64,000 nt of DNA from an uncultured bacterium (GTDB lineage Bacteria > Patescibacteriota > Minisyncoccia > Phycocordibacterales > PALSA-1337), in the NCBI GenBank assembly GCA_963701025.1, contig OY969557.1:170405-234404 (forward strand), given 5' to 3'. Shown here one piece after another: positions 58,806-64,000 of this stretch. The translations under genes were made by a program, and so were the position numbers. How positions within the stretch are numbered: the first letter of the stretch is position 1; each line of letters starts with the position of its first letter. Under the pieces are notes generated by a model. The model was not told the origin of the DNA. It saw only the letters and a program-made list of their open reading frames with translations, and made no database searches.

Positions 58806-59978
58806 TTAGAGCGTCTCCAGACTGGTAATGGCGATGGCGTTCAGGATCGTCAGGCGGAGCCGTTCCGCGTGCGGATCGAAGGAGACTTTCGGCTCGAATT
58901 CGTCGGCTGACATAGTAATCACGCGCATGCCGCCAGACGTCTCTCTCATTGCCTTCACGAAGAAGCCTTCGTGCGTGCGGGCTAGCATGATCGACGTGTC
59001 CGGCAAATGTCCGGCCGGCACTAGGGCGAGCAATTTGGCGCATTCATTCTTCCATCCGCTGGCGACGTCGGCGAGGACTTTTTCCGCGCGACGGTCGTTG
59101 GATAAGTCGAGCTTTCCGTCTTCATGGAGAGTGATCAGCGAATCAGCAGTCGGCTCAGAGATCTTCAAGGCGTGGGCGACTTTGCGTATGATGGTGTTGA
59201 TGCCTATCGGGTGCGAACCGAAGAAGATACAAGAACGCCCGTCTGTGACGACCAGATCGGTCAATTCGCCGTGGATATGGACGAGGACATACGGGCCCGA
59301 GACCGACATGCCTGGCCGGCGTGCAGGCAAAGCTAGGCCTATGCCAGTGTACTGAAGCAAAAGCGACGAATGAAAGCGGATCTCTTCTCGCGGAGCGGCG
59401 CGCTTGGCCGCTTCCTTGAAACGCTCGATCATCCGGACTCCCGCGATGCTTATGGCGAAGGACACTTCCAAGTTTTTGGCCGAGACGCCTTCCCATACGG
59501 ATACGGAATAGCCGTTCAGCCGGACGTCGAATATCTTCTCTTCCATGCTGATCAGACCTTTCTCGCCCTCGCCGGATAGCTCACGGCGTTCGGTCTTTAT
59601 GATGTCGCCGAGCCGTGCCTTGGTTATAACGGTCTCTTTCGGGAATGTCTGCGAGACGGTGCGGGCGCGCGATACGATCCACGGCGACGAAAGGACGCAG
59701 TGCACGGCATCTATCCGGTCAGGCAGAGGTTCCTTGCCGTGAGTGTCACGGATATAGGCATGGGCCGCCGTAGCAGTCTCTTCGACGGCACGAACTCCCA
59801 TCTTTATGATGTAGGCACTGCCGCCTTGCGCCCGATATGGTATGTCTGTGCTCATCGTCCAAATGATACGCGGCGGTGATCCCGGTCGTACCAGCATGAG
59901 AGCGCCGCGGACGACCGAACTTTGGATATCCAGAATGAGGTCGAGGCGGTCTTTTGTTTTCTTGGAGGAGAAGAACAT
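58806..59978 (-). CDS. Hypothetical protein, possibly actin-like ATPase fold (FtsA/PilM-like)
   Basis: 390 aa with weak 'LDLILDIQSSVVRGALM' and 'LVHIHGELTDLVVTDG' resemblance to ASKHA phosphate motifs. TGGTATAAT lies 7 nt before the ATG. Confidence 0.35.
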   Translation of the reverse strand: MFFSSKKTKDRLDLILDIQSSVVRGALMLVRPGSPPRIIWTMSTDIPYRAQGGSAYIIKMGVRAVEETATAAHAYIRDTHGKEPLPDRIDAVHCVLSSPWIVSRARTVSQTFPKETVITKARLGDIIKTERRELSGEGEKGLISMEEKIFDVRLNGYSVSVWEGVSAKNLEVSFAISIAGVRMIERFKEAAKRAAPREEIRFHSSLLLQYTGIGLALPARRPGMSVSGPYVLVHIHGELTDLVVTDGRSCIFFGSHPIGINTIIRKVAHALKISEPTADSLITLHEDGKLDLSNDRRAEKVLADVASGWKNECAKLLALVPAGHLPDTSIMLARTHEGFFVKAMRETSGGMRVITMSADEFEPKVSFDPHAERLRLTILNAIAITSLETL

Positions 59979-60027
59979 CGTGGAAATTATACCACAAGAG
60001 AATTAATCTAATTTCTAATTGATCTAA

Positions 60028-61923
60028 TTAACCTAATATCGCCTTTATCCTTCTCACGCCTTGCGAGCTTGCTTCTTCCTTTTGGATCTTGAACTTCCAC
60101 TTCCCTTCCGGCCCGGCTAATTCATACGTGTTTTTCACATGTGGCCCGCCGCAGAATTCTTTCGAGTAAGCGCCTTTAAGGTCGCCAGCCGTCGGCGGAT
60201 TTGAAGTTGGGCCGATGAAATATATCGATATCTCATCCCCGTACTTTTCTCCGAAGAAATGCCTTGCGCCGGTCTTTTCCGCCTCGGCCAGAGGCAAAAT
60301 GATTTGATTCACCGGCAATTTGGCGGCGATCTTTTCATTCACGATGTCTTCCACTTTTTTCTTTTGCTCATCAGTCAGTTTGACGCCGGTAAAGTCATAT
60401 CGAAGCCGCTCGGCGGTGATGTTGGAACCTTTTTGGTTGCCAGCCTCTTCGCCCAACACGTCGTGAAGAGCCTGCTGAAGCAAGTGGGTTGCGGTGTGAT
60501 ATCTGACGATCATTGGATCATTCTCGTCAGCAAGTCCGCCTTTGAATTTTTGCGAGGCGCCGGTGCGGGACAATTCCTGGTGTTTCTTGAATTCTTCATT
60601 GAAACCTTCCTTGTCAACTTCAATCTGTTTTGCTTCAGCAAATTCGACTATTAATTCAAGGGGGAGCCCGTAACTTGAGAAAAGGTTGAATGCATCATGT
60701 CCAGAAATCATGCCGTTCTTTGTCACACGAATGAATTCTCTGGTTCCATTGGCAAGAGCTTCGGCGAACTTGACTGACTCTTCTTTTAGAATATTTTTGA
60801 TCAAGTGCGACTTTGTCGCAACTTCTGGATATGTATCTTTGTAGACACTGACGAGCGCATCGATGAACTCTGAAATCCTAGCTTCATCAAGCTTTTTATC
60901 TGTCGCATTCATGACAGCACGGCGAATAAGACGACGTAGGACATAACCACGATCAGTATTAGACGGCATTACGCCATCAGCAATCAAAAATATCGCCGAG
61001 CGCAGGTGGTCGGCCATGACTTTTTGGCTCATCTCTGGAAGTGACAACTTTTTTGACACTTTCATAATGTCAGAAAACAGATCCGTATCATAAATATTAT
61101 CCACACCCTGCATCGTCATCGCCAAGCGCTCGAGACCCGCGCCAGTATCAACTGATGGCTTTGGTAAGTTGGCAATAATCTTGCCGTCTTTTTTCTCATA
61201 CTGCATGAAGACGTCGTTCCAGACCTCGACGACTTGGCGCGCCTCATCAGCCTGAATAAATTGCTCGCGCGTCATGCCCTTGCCACCAAAGAACGACTGC
61301 CCTGTTTTTGGATCGCCGACGTCGTAATACATCTCCGTATCCGGCCCGCAAGGACCGTTATCGCCGGCTTCCCACCAATTGGTCGAGGCGGGCATGAAAA
61401 AGATGCGCTCGCCCTCGACTTTATTCTTCTTGAAAATGTCGCGCCAGATGCCAGCCGCTTCATCGTCACGCGGAGCATTGGCGTCGCCCTCGAATACGGT
61501 TATGTAAAGTCGTTTCGGATCAAGACCAAGCCCGCGATCGCCTTCAGGAGCATCGACAGGATTGGTCAAAAATTCATAGCTCCACTCGATGGCTTCTTTT
61601 TTAAAGTAATCGCCCAGAGACCAGTTGCCTAGCATCTCGAAAAAAGTAGCGTGGACTTTGTCGCCGATATCGTCTATGTCGACTGTGCGCAGGCATTTTT
61701 GTACGTCAACCAGCCGCGTTGTCTCCTTACCGTCTATAACATACGGTTTGCCGAGCAGATACGGAATCAAGGGCTGCATGCCGGCCGTATTGAAGAGGGT
61801 CGCGTTCGTCACGCCTTTTTCGTCCGGCGTCACGAGCGAAGCCGACGGGATGACGGTGTGACCGCGTTTCTTGAAAAATTCTAGGAATCGCGAGCGGATT
61901 TCTGATGACTGCATGGAGACCAT
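60028..61923 (-). CDS. alaS: Alanine--tRNA ligase (short form lacking C-Ala domain)
   Basis: 'RSRFLEFFKKRGHTVIPSASLV' at the N-terminus and an editing domain 'HTATHLLQQALHDVLG...CGGPHV'. It is 631 aa. Confidence 0.9.
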   Translation of the reverse strand: MVSMQSSEIRSRFLEFFKKRGHTVIPSASLVTPDEKGVTNATLFNTAGMQPLIPYLLGKPYVIDGKETTRLVDVQKCLRTVDIDDIGDKVHATFFEMLGNWSLGDYFKKEAIEWSYEFLTNPVDAPEGDRGLGLDPKRLYITVFEGDANAPRDDEAAGIWRDIFKKNKVEGERIFFMPASTNWWEAGDNGPCGPDTEMYYDVGDPKTGQSFFGGKGMTREQFIQADEARQVVEVWNDVFMQYEKKDGKIIANLPKPSVDTGAGLERLAMTMQGVDNIYDTDLFSDIMKVSKKLSLPEMSQKVMADHLRSAIFLIADGVMPSNTDRGYVLRRLIRRAVMNATDKKLDEARISEFIDALVSVYKDTYPEVATKSHLIKNILKEESVKFAEALANGTREFIRVTKNGMISGHDAFNLFSSYGLPLELIVEFAEAKQIEVDKEGFNEEFKKHQELSRTGASQKFKGGLADENDPMIVRYHTATHLLQQALHDVLGEEAGNQKGSNITAERLRYDFTGVKLTDEQKKKVEDIVNEKIAAKLPVNQIILPLAEAEKTGARHFFGEKYGDEISIYFIGPTSNPPTAGDLKGAYSKEFCGGPHVKNTYELAGPEGKWKFKIQKEEASSQGVRRIKAILG

Positions 61924-61927
61924 GCTA

Positions 61928-63724
61928 TCATTTTTTCGTCAGTTTTTCGAGCCTAGCGAGCCTAGCGATGTCATCCTCGATCTCCTTTAATCCTTCTTTC
62001 CAAAAGCTCGGCCTTGAGACGTCGATGCCGATCTCTTTCAATATGTTCTCCGGAGAATCCTTGCCGCCGGCGGACAAGAACTGCTCTATCTTTTTCCAAA
62101 AGGATCTGTTTTTGCGATAGCGGCGAAGAAGGGCCTTTGACACAAGCATGCCGTATGCATAGGAGTAGACATAGAAAAATCGGCGAATATGAATCCAAGC
62201 AACGAAGAAATATCCATCATCAGGTATGAGCTCGAAGGCATCACCGAGATAGGCTTGCATATTCTTGTTGTGCAATGCGGCTATACGCTCTTTCGGGACA
62301 AAGCCTGTCTTACGGATCTCCGCATGAAGGTCAGATTCGAAATTAAAGCAGGCGATCGAACGGAAGATCGTGCTAATCTCGCTGTTGATCTTGTTAGCAA
62401 GCGCGATGATCTGTCGTGCGGGAGACAATCCCTCCATCTCTGCTTCCTGCGCCATGCCCTCAAAGAGGGTGCTGGCGGTTTCTGCTAAAGACGTCGAGTA
62501 GTCACAATACATAGGACCTTGGCTCCTAGAAAGCTCGCTGTGGAATGCGTGCCCCATTTCATGCGCCAGTGTATGCATCGAATCAGCATTGTCGACATGG
62601 TTTAGGAGAATAAATGTCGGGGCATCATAACTGCTCGAACAATAGCCGCCGCCAGCCTTGCCGGCCCGTGGGAACACGTCGATCTGTCCATTCTTGATAA
62701 ACGAACCGAGGAAATCAGCATATTTCACATCAATCTTACCAAAAGTATTTTTGACCAGCGATACGGTCTTATCAAAAGGATAGGTAGCCGCACTGTCGTC
62801 GATGCTTAGACGATTATCATAATAACGAAGTTTTTTCTGGCCCAGCAACAGCGCCTTGATCCTGTTGAAACGATGTGCGATCGGGAAAGCTTGGGTCACC
62901 GTTTTTACCAAGTTATCGACGACTTTCGGGTCATTCCGATATCCGAGAACGGTCTCAGCGTAGGGAATGGCGAATCCGCGCAATGAATCGTCGATCTTCT
63001 TGTTAGTATAGACGGCGTTTATCTCAGCCTCAGAGAATGGTGCCACATCTTTCAGACTGGCATTAATTGCCGATGTAAGCTTCGCGCGATCAGACGCGAG
63101 CCGTGTGGAACGGATTACATTGATCGCTTGAGAGATCGGTATCGTCTTCCCTTTCCACTGGAGCGTTTTTGCATTCAACAGACGATCATGCGCCTGGTTC
63201 CAAAGCTCCCGACCCGGCAGGCTCTTGAGAGAAAGTATCTTCTCCTCGGGGATGCTCAAGCGGTGCTTTGCATCTTCGAACATACAGGATAAATAAAATC
63301 TGAAATGCTCCAGTCTGGAGTCTTTCAAAAATGCCTTCTGCCGAGCAGAATCGATCTGGCCGATAGACACACGGAAGAATATCAGTTTGTTGAAAGCAAT
63401 TGTGACACGGTTGCTGATGAGGTTAAGCTTTGCGGCCGCGGTAGTATTAGAACTCTCGATGTCTGTCAGGTAGAAGAAATATAAAAGTGGCTTTGGCGAA
63501 CCGATAGCGAGAAGTTTCTCATATGCCGTCAAGGCTTTCTTAAGTGTTGTGGCTTTTGTTAAGTACCCTTTGTCGGATATATCATATCTCTTCGCAAAAT
63601 CATCGATCTTTTTCTCAATAGATTTCAAATCCGACTCAATCCTTGGATCGTGCTCTGACGAGTATAATAGTTTCAAGTTCCACTGGTATTTTTTGGTCTC
63701 TTTCATATGTCGTCCATTATACAA
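61928..63724 (-). CDS. pepF: Oligoendopeptidase F (M3B family)
   Basis: 'HTLAHEMGHAFHSELS' is the HExxH zinc motif, with typical PepF length. Confidence 0.85.
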   Translation of the reverse strand: MYNGRHMKETKKYQWNLKLLYSSEHDPRIESDLKSIEKKIDDFAKRYDISDKGYLTKATTLKKALTAYEKLLAIGSPKPLLYFFYLTDIESSNTTAAAKLNLISNRVTIAFNKLIFFRVSIGQIDSARQKAFLKDSRLEHFRFYLSCMFEDAKHRLSIPEEKILSLKSLPGRELWNQAHDRLLNAKTLQWKGKTIPISQAINVIRSTRLASDRAKLTSAINASLKDVAPFSEAEINAVYTNKKIDDSLRGFAIPYAETVLGYRNDPKVVDNLVKTVTQAFPIAHRFNRIKALLLGQKKLRYYDNRLSIDDSAATYPFDKTVSLVKNTFGKIDVKYADFLGSFIKNGQIDVFPRAGKAGGGYCSSSYDAPTFILLNHVDNADSMHTLAHEMGHAFHSELSRSQGPMYCDYSTSLAETASTLFEGMAQEAEMEGLSPARQIIALANKINSEISTIFRSIACFNFESDLHAEIRKTGFVPKERIAALHNKNMQAYLGDAFELIPDDGYFFVAWIHIRRFFYVYSYAYGMLVSKALLRRYRKNRSFWKKIEQFLSAGGKDSPENILKEIGIDVSRPSFWKEGLKEIEDDIARLARLEKLTKK

Positions 63725-64000
63725 ACTTCTTCAAAATCTCAAAGTCTTTTTTGTGGGTGTCGCGCATGCCGCCGTTGTAAAGGGCGCTCGCCGGGTGATA
63801 TAGAGTGACGATGGTGAGAGGGCTCGTCCGGCCGTCGCCGGTCTTGAGCTCGGTCTCGAACGCGCGTCCATGGATGCGGCTTATCGGTTCAAGCTCCAAG
63901 TCGAAGCCGAAATGCTTCATGACGTACGCCATGCTGTATCTGCCGAGGGTGGCGATGACCCGGGGACGGATGATGTCTATCTGGCGGTCGAGGAACGGGC
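63717..64000 (-). CDS. Uracil-DNA glycosylase family 4-like protein, 3' part (gene continues beyond the window)
   Basis: 'RPRVIATLGRYSMAYVMKHFG...TLYHPASALYNGGMR'. The frame is open to the window edge. Confidence 0.5.
   Translation of the reverse strand, partial: PFLDRQIDIIRPRVIATLGRYSMAYVMKHFGFDLELEPISRIHGRAFETELKTGDGRTSPLTIVTLYHPASALYNGGMRDTHKKDFEILKKFV

Overview
This 64 kb window looks like a small-genome bacterium, probably a Candidate Phyla Radiation/Patescibacteria-type lineage. That assignment is inference only, based on gene content: split transketolase, DnaJ without a zinc finger, short AlaRS, and lysine/glycine-rich loop insertions in housekeeping proteins. The core genome includes a pentose-phosphate cluster (rpiB, rpe, tktA/B), uvrB, cysS, gltX, trpS, alaS, murG, ftsW, scpAB, grpE and dnaK. 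It also contains a ribosomal-protein and rpoA operon (rpsI through rpmJ, plus infA). The largest feature is a ~14.3 kb low-GC accessory island at 25060-39412. It sits between the start of an M23 peptidase gene and gltX, and a 13-bp direct repeat (ATGTCGCACAATA) flanks it on both sides. The right half of the island (33057-39412) reads as an integrated filamentous-phage (inovirus)-like element. It has a tyrosine recombinase, a two-tyrosine HUH rolling-circle Rep, a Zot/pI-like ATPase, pVI-, pIII- and pVIII-like coat genes, two tiny hydrophobic peptides, a strong terminator after the coat gene, and a long nested-palindrome origin-like region. The left half of the island carries a DpnII/MboI-like cassette with two DNA methyltransferases and a candidate nuclease. 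It also has a 512-aa protein with a C-terminal PD-(D/E)xK nuclease motif and a cluster of ORFs that switch frame repeatedly. Frameshift-like disruptions are common: in both methyltransferases, in the unknown gene cluster, and also in the core genes gap (three shifts) and dnaK (a compensating -1/+1 pair). I cannot tell true pseudogenes from assembly indels using the sequence alone. No tRNA, rRNA or CRISPR array was found.
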